The notes under the pieces were generated by a model, which was given only the letters and a program-made list of their open reading frames with translations, was not told the DNA's origin and made no database searches. A DNA stretch of 64,000 nucleotides from a virus. The translations under genes and the position numbers were made by a program. Location of the stretch: IMG/VR virus record IMGVR_UViG_3300020045_002218, positions 1 through 64,000 of that record. One strand, 5' to 3'. Positions 21,001 to 28,960 of the stretch are shown piece after piece; position 1 is the stretch's first letter; each line of letters opens with the position of its first letter.

Positions 21001-22485
21001 AACAACATCAAACAAAAGAATAACTCTAATGTTTCAAGGGTAGCTATATTTAATCAACAAGGTAAAGTTATTAGATATGAATATGTCTTGGATAAAGCTA
21101 CTAAGGACAAGTATCTTAAACCAACGGTTAATGCTTTCAAAGATTTAGCTACTCAGAAGAATGCTATAACTTATACAAATGAAGCTATTAAACTTAATAA
21201 ACAGTTGGTAGATAAGTTATATAACTACTGGAAAGGGTTAGGTCATAAAACAAGACACGATATGCTTTGGGTTGGTTCAGAAGGTAAATACAAAGACTTA
21301 TGGAATATGATTCCTACTGAAACTAAAGCTTATTTTGAAACTAAATTTGGTACTGCAAAGGGCTTTTATATGGCAGAAGAGGAATTAAGAACTGTGTTTG
21401 GTTATAGAAAACAAACTATAACTAATTGGATTCAACCTGTATTAGAGGATGATTTGAAAAGACATATTGGTAATCACATTTACTATATGGTTAAGAGATT
21501 AGGATTTAACCTAGCTACTATTACAGCAATGGAATCTATGTGGATTGAAGGTATCTCTTTTGCTAAAGATACTATTGTAGTGAAGAGTGGTGTTGTATCA
21601 GCAGCTAATGAGTCAAGTAACTTTATGACTGCTAAATTAGAAGGTATGCCTATACCATTCTATTATGAAAACAAGATTAGAGCTATGAAAGCAGAACAAC
21701 AATTTAGAAGAGATTCTGATGCTTTATTATCACATTTAAGTAATGCTTATGGTAATCCAGAATATATAACTGAAGCTATTGATTATGAGATGAATAAGCT
21801 TAAATCAGCTATATCTAATAACCCAATGGCATTCTTACATGATGAAGGGTTAGCTTCTACTATAGCAGAAGAGAATGCTCACAAAGATAAACATGAAACC
21901 AAGCTATATTCTAAGACTGAAAGAGCTAGAAACTTATTTGATAAATTACCTAAAGTAGTTAAGGATACGCTTAAAGTAGCAACAATATCAGAAGGTACTA
22001 AGATATATACCTTAATGAATGAGATAGCTCAAATGGGAGATATTACATCAAGGTTTGCTCTTATTGCTTGGGAAGCAGAGAAAGCTAAACGTAGTGGTAC
22101 TAAATTTGATTATGAATCAGCTATAGATAAAGCTAAATTCTTATTTATTCAATATCATTCAGTTACTAATGATAAAGTTCAATGGGGAAATGATATTGGT
22201 TTAATTATGTTTAGTAAATTTGGTACTAAAGCTATAGGTGTATTAGCTCACATGTTTGGTAATCATGCAGGTAGGTTATTAGCATTAGGAATACTTGAAG
22301 ATGTATTAAGTGCTTCTGATTGGATATGGAATACAAGTCTTAATAAATTTGCTATACCTACTTCATCTTTATATGCAGCAATTGATGCTAGTCCAATAGC
22401 AAATGCTTTAATTACTCCTCCAGCATATATGCCTAAAGAGTTATTTTCTAAGCTAGGTATCTTACCTGTAGTATCTGGATTATAG
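9076..22485 (+). CDS. Virion-encapsidated RNA polymerase (N4 gp50-like) with SNase-like, SF1B helicase and zincin domains
   Basis: 4469 aa, no Cys seen; motif A REVDGITNG (~15046), motif B RNFSKPLLLLTMFG (15406-15447), motif C GVHDAW (~16300); helicase motifs 16996-18420; AHEFVH at ~19303. Confidence 0.95.
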   Translation: MSTTFNNNTTFNNNSFEDTATPLIQQKKLSLLDSVFNKRNELGFSSANLKDREVQALDADTVRINPSVADKAYDPFVKPVDVRLKSNNFGESFNAFETSHGNENDPEVAARLQKQRDVIDNEWTHGWFNPATNQDVYDRGVAGKQLLADKLKQVNEGKTGLDFALGERDKFGRPLGDMKLSNENTSVIDSMNTPEINSAYNTPYNFAKVNQDNNIIDHAKDALASFGTGATVLAGQGLVGMADLAQYGVKKGLTALADKGSDYDRAINEAPSITDQLQEVGYDPLRTKTTLDEVLHSKEWIKKEAEMQNVISKSDGEWDAAKNTFEFLVNNPAHLLTSAVSESLPLMLGGMGVTQAVSKNLAKKTLENALRNTSKDSLKILGAGAVTEGLQSAGAIADTADLHGRTQDQYAPNALLAGLGTGVINMGMNTALGDIATNIATRGAVGKTGIVKSILSEGAEEAQQTALETINTNIAEGEKDIFKGIGSETVLGTAAGMATGGGMAIPHSAINALQARKTPEDTQTLTEDVNTSTNEDLHPSVGVFTDKVNQIKNEVDPVVKQQTVEESINELPTDASLKDRKEVQNQVNTMVSSIDETSLSSEFKAKQTEFNTQIQAEDELQALDVSTIKPEEQDKAIENISAKVNTLVSKPDKATVDSLVKVSDTFATKYQDSDTINDPLVQTVLKQETSKMSPSETATAQKEAKAKVDEGKQVTPSKIEDLVLSKPNIDEYKVKVETITDDNRQEIINQGIKNYSHDGTLPEKIQMATAIGKARDGYNSPEHDAIYRQVNAEITLQHWAKQAAFKSMISDPANTIEDIEADLVSNSTDSTSTNTGSIFNDIGRTKDKDTLNILKDISIAKQKEYADSDSVNDPYVLATTGIETKNLEPRASETFSAVMRGEYKGDLNEPLLRLSANLTNPKDKDTAISALTKTISKVYSDKVDITDTTERTVKQALNTINGLVTNKGTITIEPSDSLEEIHRKILPIFGSTMIEGDTSKLSPEFVKSNNELVTALKEHETKYLKGKSTEEVANDKLVGGGKLPSYKDHVGLIHLALANNASKEFIQAKVNKLSKWVSYDANRAKLFTKLSTTTNEEEKANLVEQLKGKNPFTSNEGLSFTTGSVKLAEQLNDESKIMVDALTNMQNEVNTHFGITTQVTPTQSGKGLVKKVPGVTTKAQQVKTTRLKNISNHVNTILKDTALTEEFMKSFIDTGEIKLKELNADIADFQKQQITNEPEFAPFDDTNIPENIDDNLESTVDVESSTSNETTKPEEVITSEDKTPVIEDLEDSDESLEDKLNRIWQERYDAEMQQQEEFFQPTAKTEHYVVNSESFPRYDDENLVKINTLVQNLVKFDDTLDMPKAIEYIQKALKGKTDKLPKNIQDRLNRPMVQEKLKEIKPYSLILEDSTNKTKHKFTQKFHSFRNVFINGIQQFKVVDGERKPIKKANLPIHNMILRMFKPESIENKSLYNKYPNLFKNLFNIPEYFRDVVKTKEGERAFIQLRNEEARFQKAFQYTFKFEVNDKVDPLYMFTNDKHEVEPNIVSAIFVASMDWMLSKGRDTLYNFPKDAKAIVGMKEEDTLEPLIVNELATKGSVRTVIANAIGNTAFANLKFKPSDTYSEAEIAKLKLALGLHAVNTMVNLGYVEVSGAIETTTFNSFKFNNLLNWKYVNPKLPADTQKESVVFIRIANEMKDGVHEIREDIKKKLDTIKAGVKEVNKLFDIEYSKELPRLFEPTEDDIYTYLGGNKETGEKPRALHSNQVIANRRVKNLTKYIQQAHTMNIPVNALAVALGKDAIKDIVMGKDWKLPQQQHTAKSFEGKLRSFENNYEDFETLNKLGSSDPEHSIYHLSTYWKQGRVGGSSVGHPQNNKEVRNLSAPKSQIVKVKAKDDVLRVEFKLAVLEAFGKAAKSFLNIQEIEEAYIELETKYADAIQAIKTWEETKELDKQVIIAAAQEGGEKTHSLAGLMALAQYSPDKEFTSYIGREVDGITNGVLIGLVLLSGVNNFDVYKDVLSAAGLFEDPNMTYAQWEREVNAEGITNLDNYKKITRTFFDELENISENALHDRLGSNSKAKFQAIKDLTGELVTQPSIDEIGNEVKSVITKAGRNFSKPLLLLTMFGKSATKLANSKGDDVVTAFYEQLAKLYNEAKASEEKVDREAVRSLINKIETILGKPLLGNIVEDGKLKKVSESSRENVLVPLTASNMLNFKLTNQDNKTIVETVSRLYKPEITAAIDAFFGATIANRKILNDAYYIVGEVFKLGLKKELTAFSKKYKREPSEVEFDNILEKLKAIQPLAPTSDATGLEHHVQLWDSSKSSIQRDNYGTQVNFNHPEGVMIDYTILDREGNLGYYNIKLPKSASGHAVGLVLDSLGVGVAIMHIHNKDSEVIVDTMSSEFTGLGVHDAWIFNIAQAVSGSAFMNQSLNKHLRNTDVFKGAVDSINRVMKYLESNEDILETINIELVNTTNPDKGMFKMQRFYDLTDKVFTPQFENLDQYVEYLKAVSAELKTQRDEQIFKNIPPTGVKQYGGTDGSQDVKDIADSEAQIEANRAVREAAKAKAAKEIQDAKDEAERKAKEDEEAFNDETSKVFIYKDVSIDTAFALGKEQKIVLRELIDFLNSDFISSDPKTFIHTVSGAAGTGKTSIIGYLEQYMRKANKYEPPFKYAAPTHAATAQLAVAIANTGGTEYPLTVKSSWYLNTSGKTPVWLFTKKMGDNNSVLVVDESSMVENDEIDGLIKAMQKPMQMNVKKVILIGDEKQLPEVKENSREKQTQVSKAFREFNVSNLTKVYRQKENLLLSILGKMRASVTDNLYKPKPNASKENIEFLPIKRDFFIAFVEAYKRNPTETIAVTFTNTGVAQLNKFIRKETLKDKSAFTQEGETVVGYAGYGNKTIEGQHIANSLAYKLDSIKHISGIQGVVLDATSPKLNKINESEMSVDADASAIYLQLSDTDSLNIEGENKNYVANNTYISDIFKKIYDLSDSFYKTPYTSSGFTQYKNSLKKLTQVLAGIALGDDYIYNPKTERMELLKNNSVVASPRVKKDITFPKGIDYGYAVTIHKSQGITMENVFFDASFLGDKDVAIMNKDRQVTTLKQSLAYVAMSRASKKLTVFAGETPFTEYVEGTSKQETKTKPSETNKEEVPHLVITPIQAVDNKATIKGKLANKFIGFAEGINNSSTGEYAKQAGDKANTGVYTSDDIIFVSVPGKRGNAEVRKAQQTKTIKEAIKALEAGATLLTDNEKYVTSSEYNEGELRLRNNLLHKGYKYSEITSEGQVIGKWNKEEVKPTATQTNENNKLLGSTPNAKDLLTEKADLIKDVTAENIVSEFDAMPKGEDETHNTFLRNFVSQVIAPVVEQTELLLFSKATYNYGQYSAELKKVAINLGQAMSKDLDKFQMSAQEVFAHEFVHVVQWAAYGLYDNKHIRNIVDTLFYKLEHEFNKYKARHPEDKSLDKWDGYVFNNKDFIDVTVHNTTTGKPMVVKYNRGIQEFLAFGSTNKEFRELLTKLKPRQLKVTEVSASTVSDEIREATWIEVISNVLKKVLDSFIRLAKGKNSLDPLIIFDKNVRFILAANGKTGYLNTTVPIVDRGDTFISEKAKDVGLGVLKFVAKGRGSKIQIIDSLGKYADTLPSIGGFETNKVIRETLKLIKHEPTRNMLLDTVNDIKGTTEANKPLENAILNQGTIEGERNTATAKDVQEYQKKVGVLSDLQDTAFKNVVLSGELFSVRDNYPTNFIKLLEDKSELNLEIKTLESQIPKLVSDTNNLASMMVLGKYTETGLGKHNAALVAKQGRNIPQDKYQKELDLVTKLSRLYAIGLQDVNQVNEVVKLLKDKPQAMNEVMNVHRENVRKAHEEGHALTIHDGEIPTSYNPFRSIHLGTKEDEKFLVENWGATIIGNLERDPNDSLTTPGVLYLITEKTQQDYDSKAMAFVSRNSESSNFHSGFVMTDRFKAAENREKAKLKDAGIKSTNNIKQKNNSNVSRVAIFNQQGKVIRYEYVLDKATKDKYLKPTVNAFKDLATQKNAITYTNEAIKLNKQLVDKLYNYWKGLGHKTRHDMLWVGSEGKYKDLWNMIPTETKAYFETKFGTAKGFYMAEEELRTVFGYRKQTITNWIQPVLEDDLKRHIGNHIYYMVKRLGFNLATITAMESMWIEGISFAKDTIVVKSGVVSAANESSNFMTAKLEGMPIPFYYENKIRAMKAEQQFRRDSDALLSHLSNAYGNPEYITEAIDYEMNKLKSAISNNPMAFLHDEGLASTIAEENAHKDKHETKLYSKTERARNLFDKLPKVVKDTLKVATISEGTKIYTLMNEIAQMGDITSRFALIAWEAEKAKRSGTKFDYESAIDKAKFLFIQYHSVTNDKVQWGNDIGLIMFSKFGTKAIGVLAHMFGNHAGRLLALGILEDVLSASDWIWNTSLNKFAIPTSSLYAAIDASPIANALITPPAYMPKELFSKLGILPVVSGL

Positions 22486-22525
22486 CCTAGAATGTACGAG
22501 GATTGAGTATAAGAGAGGTAAGTTA

Positions 22526-22559
22526 ATTGAGCTATACAAAGTGTTATGTATAGCTCAAT
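22526..22559. terminator. Hairpin at convergence of late (+) and middle (-) transcription
   Basis: ATTGAGCTATACA-8 nt-TGTATAGCTCAAT, 13-bp perfect inverted repeat. Confidence 0.7.
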
Positions 22560-22565
22560 ATAAAC

Positions 22566-22731
22566 TTATTTAGAAGATTCTTCTTCTTCGTCTTCCATAC
22601 CAAACATAAGAGCAATAATCCATATTCCTCCTATACCTAACATGATAGGAATTATTACAACACCAACAGATAATATAATAAAACCTATTACTACTACTGC
22701 TGTTGCTTTAAGAATATCTACAAACTGCATA
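22566..22731 (-). CDS. Small membrane protein
   Basis: Hydrophobic MQFVDILKATAVVVIGFIIL... with acidic tail; start set at the internal Met. Confidence 0.55.
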
Positions 22732-23037
22732 TTAACCAAATACCTGTGTATCAGGGTCAATATCAGCATCCTCTAGTTCTACTTCTACAGGTACACCTTC
22801 ATCAATATCATCCTGAATTGATCTTACTTCTTGAAAAGCTTGTTGTGATAAATCTACTACAGGCATATTACTTGTTTGTGGTTCTAATGCAATAGTTGCA
22901 TATACACCTCTTTCACCTCTACCTGCTACAACAGTAACTATTGCTGACATACCTTCAAATCTAACACCATGCTTTTCTGCATAATCTAACAATGCTTGGT
23001 TTACTTCTTGTTCTGTTAATGTTACTTCTTGTTTCAT
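22732..23037 (-). CDS. N4-like conserved hypothetical protein
   Basis: LTEQEVNQAL.DY...VAGRGERGVYATI motif; end of middle cluster. Confidence 0.6.
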   Translation of the reverse strand: MKQEVTLTEQEVNQALLDYAEKHGVRFEGMSAIVTVVAGRGERGVYATIALEPQTSNMPVVDLSQQAFQEVRSIQDDIDEGVPVEVELEDADIDPDTQVFG

Positions 23038-23038
23038 G

Positions 23039-23215
23039 CTACTCTCCTAAAAATGTACCTGTGTTACAAAAATGAACCAATGACTCTAATATTAATTCTT
23101 CTGCGTAGTTAATTACTTCAAGACACTCTTCAAGAGTTTCTTGAATACTTTGTAAAATGAATTCTGCTTTCTCTTCTGCTGAACTGTAATTTGTATCTTC
23201 TAATTTTACTATCAT
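23039..23215 (-). CDS. Hypothetical protein
   Basis: ORF coupled to upstream gene by ATGA overlap. Confidence 0.5.
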   Translation of the reverse strand: MIVKLEDTNYSSAEEKAEFILQSIQETLEECLEVINYAEELILESLVHFCNTGTFLGE

Positions 23216-23598
23216 GTTACCTCTGTTATGTGAATTGTACATCGTGGATTATCTTTTGATATTCCTCCGAAACTATTACTTGAACCAATAATATATAAGT
23301 AATTATCATCCTTGATAATACCTGCTCCTGTGAGACTATCTTCAAAGAACTTACTTATAACTGCCATTGAATTATTTAGATCATGAATTCTTTTATCTTG
23401 ATACCAGAATTCATAGTGAATCTTTACTTTATCCATTTGAGGTAAAGCAAAGATTTGTTGTTGTACTTGTTTTTGAAATTCTATCTTAGCTTGGTTTAGA
23501 ATATGATGATGTGCATTTCTATAATTATTCATAGAGCAAGCAAACCATTTCTTACCTACAAGAACTCTAAGAGGTACTTCAATTACAAAAATCTGCAT
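23212..23598 (-). CDS. RusA-like Holliday junction resolvase
   Basis: HDLNN...KFFEDSL..AGIIKDDN RusA-type motif. Confidence 0.75.
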   Translation of the reverse strand: MQIFVIEVPLRVLVGKKWFACSMNNYRNAHHHILNQAKIEFQKQVQQQIFALPQMDKVKIHYEFWYQDKRIHDLNNSMAVISKFFEDSLTGAGIIKDDNYLYIIGSSNSFGGISKDNPRCTIHITEVT

Positions 23599-23725
23599 AA
23601 ATTAATTTAGCATATTCTTGAATCATTTCACTTTGTTCTTCGTTAGATGCTTTTAACATAAACTCATAAAAATTTGTTAATAATTCTTCTAACTGAATAA
23701 TATCTTCATTCATTTAAAGCTCCAT

Positions 23726-23748
23726 AAAGGCTCATTTAAGAGCCTTTA
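23726..23748 (-). terminator. Intrinsic terminator-like hairpin after SSB
   Basis: TAAAGGGCTC-ATTTAA-GAGCCTTTA. Confidence 0.55.
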
Positions 23749-23764
23749 ATTAAAAGTAAATTAA

Positions 23765-24469
23765 CTATTCAAATTTGTTTTCTGAAGCTATAGGTGAACC
23801 ACTTACAACTCCACCAACTACAGCTTTAAACTTATCTTGAAGCTTACCTTCAAACTTCTCTTTCCAAGCTTCAATGAAAACAGGAGTAGTTAATTTCTTA
23901 TCTAACTCTTCTTTAGTAAAACCTTCATTAGAGAAGATTTTAGAAATAGAATTCTCAATACGTTCTTCATTAATAGGAACATATTTACCTGTAGCATCTT
24001 GAGCTTGTTTATTAACTCTTGTTTCTAAGATACCTAAAGTAACTTTCTTACCAATTACATCCATGTACATATCTACTTGAATCTTTTCATCTTTGGTAAA
24101 TTGCTTAATAACAGTTTTCTTTTCTTCAGATGCAGATACTTCAACGAGAGATTTACCTACTGCCATACGACAAATAGCATCTAAATGTTGTTTACCAAAG
24201 GTATCAACTTTCTTACCTTTAGTATCTCCCCAGTTAGAGATTGTAGTCATAGAACCATCTTTATCCATAAAGTAAATACATGGATTAAATGTTTTCTTAT
24301 CAGCAGTTTCTAATACTAACTGCATAGATGTACTACCGCCTTTATTCTTTACGGGGTACATAGATTTGATAGTGAATTCGTATACTCCACTATCTAAAGT
24401 AAATTTACCACCACCTAATGTATCTTTTTCTATTACTTGAACTGTACCTGTGCTTTCTACTAATGCCAT
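23765..24469 (-). CDS. N4 gp45-like single-stranded DNA-binding protein
   Basis: EKDTLGGG..LDSGVY motif; position after ATPase. Confidence 0.8.
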   Translation of the reverse strand: MALVESTGTVQVIEKDTLGGGKFTLDSGVYEFTIKSMYPVKNKGGSTSMQLVLETADKKTFNPCIYFMDKDGSMTTISNWGDTKGKKVDTFGKQHLDAICRMAVGKSLVEVSASEEKKTVIKQFTKDEKIQVDMYMDVIGKKVTLGILETRVNKQAQDATGKYVPINEERIENSISKIFSNEGFTKEELDKKLTTPVFIEAWKEKFEGKLQDKFKAVVGGVVSGSPIASENKFE

Positions 24470-24478
24470 TTTGTTTCC

Positions 24479-25195
24479 TTAATTGTAATATTGTTGTAAT
24501 CTATCCAACACAAGTTGAACATCATTATTTATAAAAGTCTCTTCTTTAGTCCATAAACCAAGATGACTTCTCATTCTTTCATTAACTGTATCTTTAGTCA
24601 ATTTGGTTTGAAATACATACTTAAAACCAAGAATCTCATCATCTTCTGTAATTGTTAATAATGGATTTTGGTATGCAGTAAGTTTAGTTAATGGAAGTTT
24701 CTTGCTACTAATTACAGTCGTGAAGTACGACTCCAATCCAAGGTTCTTTAATGAACCTTTAACTGTAGCCATAGTTTCACTAATCATTTCAGTTTCATTA
24801 ACTACATCCATTGTGTGTGTAATGAAGATAATGTTCTTAGTTGATTTAGCTACTTGGTCTTGCATTAATGTTTTAAAGAATTGAGCATAGTTACCCCACG
24901 CTTTCATACCATTGGTTGCAGGAATAACATACTGAGATTCATACTGTTCCATTAAAAATGATAATGAATCAATTACAATGGTATGGATTTTATCTAACTC
25001 TTTATAACTAGAAATCCAGCCAGGTAAATCTACAGGATCGGTAATTATTCTTTCATTAAATTTATGATTGAAGGGAAGTGGTTTACCTGCTTCGCAGTTG
25101 AGATAAAGTACACCTTCAGGATTCTTTATATTCTGAAGACTTGCACTTTTACCAGTTGCACTCTTACCGCTTAGTAATATAACTTTATTTTGCAT
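24479..25195 (-). CDS. N4 gp44-like AAA ATPase (Sak4-like)
   Basis: GKSATGKS Walker A, YLNCEAGK, IVIDSL Walker B. Confidence 0.85.
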   Translation of the reverse strand: MQNKVILLSGKSATGKSASLQNIKNPEGVLYLNCEAGKPLPFNHKFNERIITDPVDLPGWISSYKELDKIHTIVIDSLSFLMEQYESQYVIPATNGMKAWGNYAQFFKTLMQDQVAKSTKNIIFITHTMDVVNETEMISETMATVKGSLKNLGLESYFTTVISSKKLPLTKLTAYQNPLLTITEDDEILGFKYVFQTKLTKDTVNERMRSHLGLWTKEETFINNDVQLVLDRLQQYYN

Positions 25196-25360
25196 TTCTC
25201 TCCTTTATCTTCTTTGGTTCACTAACAAGAATACTTGCTGGTAAGGTTATTGTTTCCATTAAGTCTAGGAAAGAAGAATTAAGAATTACTTCTTTAGCTT
25301 CTTTCTTAGTGTCAGCAACAATAGTTTGTTTTACTTGAATGTAATATGTTAATTCATACA

Positions 25361-27508
25361 CTATTTATCTCTCTGTGCAATACGTTTAAATACAGTTTTC
25401 ATTACAGAAGTTAGTATTTCTACTTCTTCTAATTTATCTCTGAGTTTATTATTAAACTCCAATACCTTGGATTGAATAACATCTTCACTTAAACCAGAAT
25501 CTACTAACATTAAAGCATATTTAATTAACTGGTTTGATCTATTACCATCTCCTGTTTTTGACAAGAACCAGCGTTCAATATTAGTTAAAGCTTGTGTATC
25601 TAAAATAACTTTCTTCTGTTCCTCTGCTTTAGCTGTCTTTGGAATGAATCCAAGTGCGTCTAACAGAATACCTTCATTATAGTGATATTCTCCTTTATGG
25701 CTTAACCACTTCCTACTTCTTTGACCTGTCTTATCATCGATAACCTTGAATGGAAGCCAAGCAAATATGTTCTGCATAAACTCAGTAAAGTCTTCTGCAC
25801 TTAGTTTAAGTTCATGGCTTATAGGAAACACTATTCTAAAGCGATTCTCCTTGTCTGTATGACGTTTAGTTGTATATATGAGGTAAGTGTATTCCTTAAG
25901 CAATAACTGAGCTGTAGCAATAGAAATACCACCATCTACATCTATTACAATCATATTGAATCCAGGAATAGCATTCTTTTCATTTCTATAGTTATCTATC
26001 ATATGATGGTTAATCCAATGATACCCATCCATTTGAGTAAGAATATGTAAGTCTTTCCATGAAGTATTCTTAACTACAGGATTATAACCCTCAGCTAACT
26101 GGGTAGAGCAAGCTAATATTAGTTTATCTAAATTGGTTTCTTTTAATGATTCTCCTTTAAGAAATTCAATACCATCTAGGTATAATTTTTTAATGATAAT
26201 GTTATTTTTATATCCATAAGCTGTAGCTAAAGTGATTAATTCTCTTTTTTGAGATTCACTACCTTTAAGTACATTGGCTTCAATTAAATCTACTTGTGTA
26301 ACTTCTGTATTAGTTGAAGCTAAATACTTAGCTAATCTTACATAAGGTCTTTCTCTAGTAAGAATCTTATCAAATGCTTTACCAGAATCTTCTACAAGCT
26401 TCATAGCTGCATGTAAATGGTACATAGTAACCCTAGCTGAATCATCAATAAAAGCATAAGCTCCAGCTAATTTAAGTACCTTAAAATATCTATGAGTTAT
26501 TTCTGCTTTACGGATAGTTTCATGTTCACCTAACGATGCTCCAATCTCTTCACAATCAAGTTTATACTGCAATAATTCAATACTTACTTCATCTGACATG
26601 TAAACAGTATTATTGAAGTTTGCTATATCAGCTAATGCACCTAATCTATCTGAGATAGTTTTAAGATTTTCTTCATGTGTTGTATCCTTAAGTAAGTGGA
26701 ATAATTCAATAGCTGTTAGTTTAGTAGCTTCTTCATTTACTTGACCATACCCAAATAAACATCTTCTTGCATAACCTGTAGCTAACATCTTATCAAATTC
26801 TTCTTCATTCTTAGAACCATCTAATAACTTAGTTGGTTCACCAAAGAGAAGCATATTAGCAGGTACTCTACCAATAATTTCTTTACTTCTTACATTGTCT
26901 TTTGTGTGTTTAATGAGCTTTTCACTTATTTCACCAGTATCATAAGATTCAAGATATGCAGCAAATAATTCAGCATTAGCTGAAAGATTAGAAGCAATCT
27001 CATCCATGATAAAGTTAAGACTACCAGCTTTAATCATTAAAAGTGATCTACGAAATTGTTTATAGGCTGGACTTGTACCACTATCAAATGAAAACAAATA
27101 AGGACATTCAATTTCCTTTTCTACCTTCTTCACTTCATCTTCAAGTTCTGTACTATTCTTAATACTTCGTTTAGTAGCAATATCCATAATTGCAATATCT
27201 GTTACATAAGGAAGAGTTTCTTCAATAAATTTATATCTGAATTGGTTTATTACTTTATCTTTAATAATAGCTAAAGACTTGTTCTTTGAGAAGCCACTGG
27301 GTGCGAGGTTAATAACATAAGAATTAATAGGAATAATTCCTCTATCTTGTGTAAATATATTTATTCTCATTGATGAAGCAATTTGACATAAAGAGAATGC
27401 TACTAGATTTCTAAAGAATGCTCTATCAGATACTTGAGTTAAGATGCATTGAGCATCAACAATAGTTTCTGCTAAAGCAAAATGAGGTTTATCTTGTAAA
27501 TCAATCAT
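25361..27508 (-). CDS. N4 gp43-like DNA primase (DUF3987-like N-terminus, AEP domain, PriCT-like C-terminus)
   Basis: APSGFSK; VIDVDGG; YTTKRH..RFRIVFP; GDGNRSNQLIKYA. Confidence 0.85.
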   Translation of the reverse strand: MIDLQDKPHFALAETIVDAQCILTQVSDRAFFRNLVAFSLCQIASSMRINIFTQDRGIIPINSYVINLAPSGFSKNKSLAIIKDKVINQFRYKFIEETLPYVTDIAIMDIATKRSIKNSTELEDEVKKVEKEIECPYLFSFDSGTSPAYKQFRRSLLMIKAGSLNFIMDEIASNLSANAELFAAYLESYDTGEISEKLIKHTKDNVRSKEIIGRVPANMLLFGEPTKLLDGSKNEEEFDKMLATGYARRCLFGYGQVNEEATKLTAIELFHLLKDTTHEENLKTISDRLGALADIANFNNTVYMSDEVSIELLQYKLDCEEIGASLGEHETIRKAEITHRYFKVLKLAGAYAFIDDSARVTMYHLHAAMKLVEDSGKAFDKILTRERPYVRLAKYLASTNTEVTQVDLIEANVLKGSESQKRELITLATAYGYKNNIIIKKLYLDGIEFLKGESLKETNLDKLILACSTQLAEGYNPVVKNTSWKDLHILTQMDGYHWINHHMIDNYRNEKNAIPGFNMIVIDVDGGISIATAQLLLKEYTYLIYTTKRHTDKENRFRIVFPISHELKLSAEDFTEFMQNIFAWLPFKVIDDKTGQRSRKWLSHKGEYHYNEGILLDALGFIPKTAKAEEQKKVILDTQALTNIERWFLSKTGDGNRSNQLIKYALMLVDSGLSEDVIQSKVLEFNNKLRDKLEEVEILTSVMKTVFKRIAQRDK

Positions 27509-27520
27509 TGTTATCCTATG

Positions 27521-27865
27521 TTAAAAAGGAACTTCGTATTTAATACCTTCAGGTAAATCTTCTCTATTTACTTTACCTTGCCAGATACGAGATATTTTAG
27601 TTCTACTGAAATTAGTACTAAATACCATGTTTAGGTAATCACACAATTCTTCTGTAGTTTCATACCTTTCTGACTTATCAAAGAAATCATTATGATTTTC
27701 TTGAATAGCTTTCATTTCAATAACAAAATCGTACATACCTTGGGTTAGTTTAGTAGTATCACTCGGCTTACGATAAGATTTTGATCTAGGTTGAATTACT
27801 TCAATTGGTTTTTTAGATTTAAAAATTCTTGTAAACCAAGAACTCCAAGCTTTTTGTGTTGACAT
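27521..27865 (-). CDS. Hypothetical protein, possible DNA-binding
   Basis: ORF; start set at MSTQKAW downstream of the conserved hairpin motif. Confidence 0.5.
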   Translation of the reverse strand: MSTQKAWSSWFTRIFKSKKPIEVIQPRSKSYRKPSDTTKLTQGMYDFVIEMKAIQENHNDFFDKSERYETTEELCDYLNMVFSTNFSRTKISRIWQGKVNREDLPEGIKYEVPF

Positions 27866-27919
27866 GTTTTTATATCTTATGTTTGGGAATTTAGTGGCGT
27901 AAGCCACAATGAAAGGTTT

Positions 27920-27999
27920 AAGCTAACTTGGAATTGAACCAAGATACTCTATACAAACTCTTACTATGTATAGGTTCTTTACCGTTAAGATACTAGCTT
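27920..27999 (-). tRNA. tRNA-like RNA or pseudo-tRNA with abnormal anticodon arm
   Basis: Acceptor AAGCTAG/TTAGCTT; D arm TCTT-AACGGTA-AAGA; T arm CTTGG-TTCAATT-CCAAG; 7-bp anticodon stem with 11-nt loop; no CCA. Confidence 0.6.
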
Positions 28000-28006
28000 A
28001 AATTTA

Positions 28007-28960
28007 TTAAATAAGACCTTGGTTTACAAGATCTTTATATTGACTACATACAGAAGATGCAGAACAATAACCACACCTTACTGCTTTACCTTTAATCTCA
28101 GTTACATAACCACCTTTAGACGTTTCTTTATGAGCATCATAAGCATTATCAAAATTCTTAGTAGAACGTGATTGTCCTTGAGCTTTGTAATACTTAAACA
28201 CAGAATCACTCATCCAGAGTTCTTCTTTATTTTCTTTACATAAAGGTAGTTCTGATTCAGGTGAATTAATATACTGGTTTATTAAACCAAGTTTATTAAT
28301 AAGATATTGTTCTGTCTCTTGAATACTAAGTAACTTAAACTTTTGTTCTAACCATCTTTGTTTAGGGTATAAAGGATTCTTAATAGCTTCAAGACTATTC
28401 CAGTCTGTAAACAACCAGAGAATACTAAAATCTTCTTCTGTTACTTTATCTTGGTTTAACCATCTATATATACTAGCTTGAAGAATATCTTTCTTATCAT
28501 TAGATGAATTAAGATATGCCCACACTTTTCTATTCTTTAAGTCATTTAGTCTTCCATCAATCACTAAATCAAACTTACCTGATACATTCCAACCAGCTAT
28601 TTGTTGGATAGATCTTTGCTCTACATATACAGGAATATCATATTCATTAACATAACTTGGATTAATAACAAATTTTCTAACAATAGTTGGTGGATAACCT
28701 AATTCCTCTAAAGCTTTATAAGGATTAAGCCAAGCTTGTTCTAAAGCACTATGTAATGCAGTACCATACATACTCGCTACCATATCAGATACGTCTTTAG
28801 TACCTTCTCCAGTAGCTCTCATACCTAGAATTATTTGTCTTACAGAATCAAGTAAGGTAGTAACAGATATAGTGTTAGGTTCATCAGAATGGTCATATAG
28901 GTCATTAACGAATAACACACATAATGCTAAAGGAATTCCCGTTTCATTTGAATACTTCAT
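28007..28960 (-). CDS. N4 gp42-like PD-(D/E)xK (Cas4-like) exonuclease
   Basis: GTALH, VEQR, SGKFDLV..DLK, QASIY, C-terminal CGYC...CSQ. Confidence 0.85.
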   Translation of the reverse strand: MKYSNETGIPLALCVLFVNDLYDHSDEPNTISVTTLLDSVRQIILGMRATGEGTKDVSDMVASMYGTALHSALEQAWLNPYKALEELGYPPTIVRKFVINPSYVNEYDIPVYVEQRSIQQIAGWNVSGKFDLVIDGRLNDLKNRKVWAYLNSSNDKKDILQASIYRWLNQDKVTEEDFSILWLFTDWNSLEAIKNPLYPKQRWLEQKFKLLSIQETEQYLINKLGLINQYINSPESELPLCKENKEELWMSDSVFKYYKAQGQSRSTKNFDNAYDAHKETSKGGYVTEIKGKAVRCGYCSASSVCSQYKDLVNQGLI

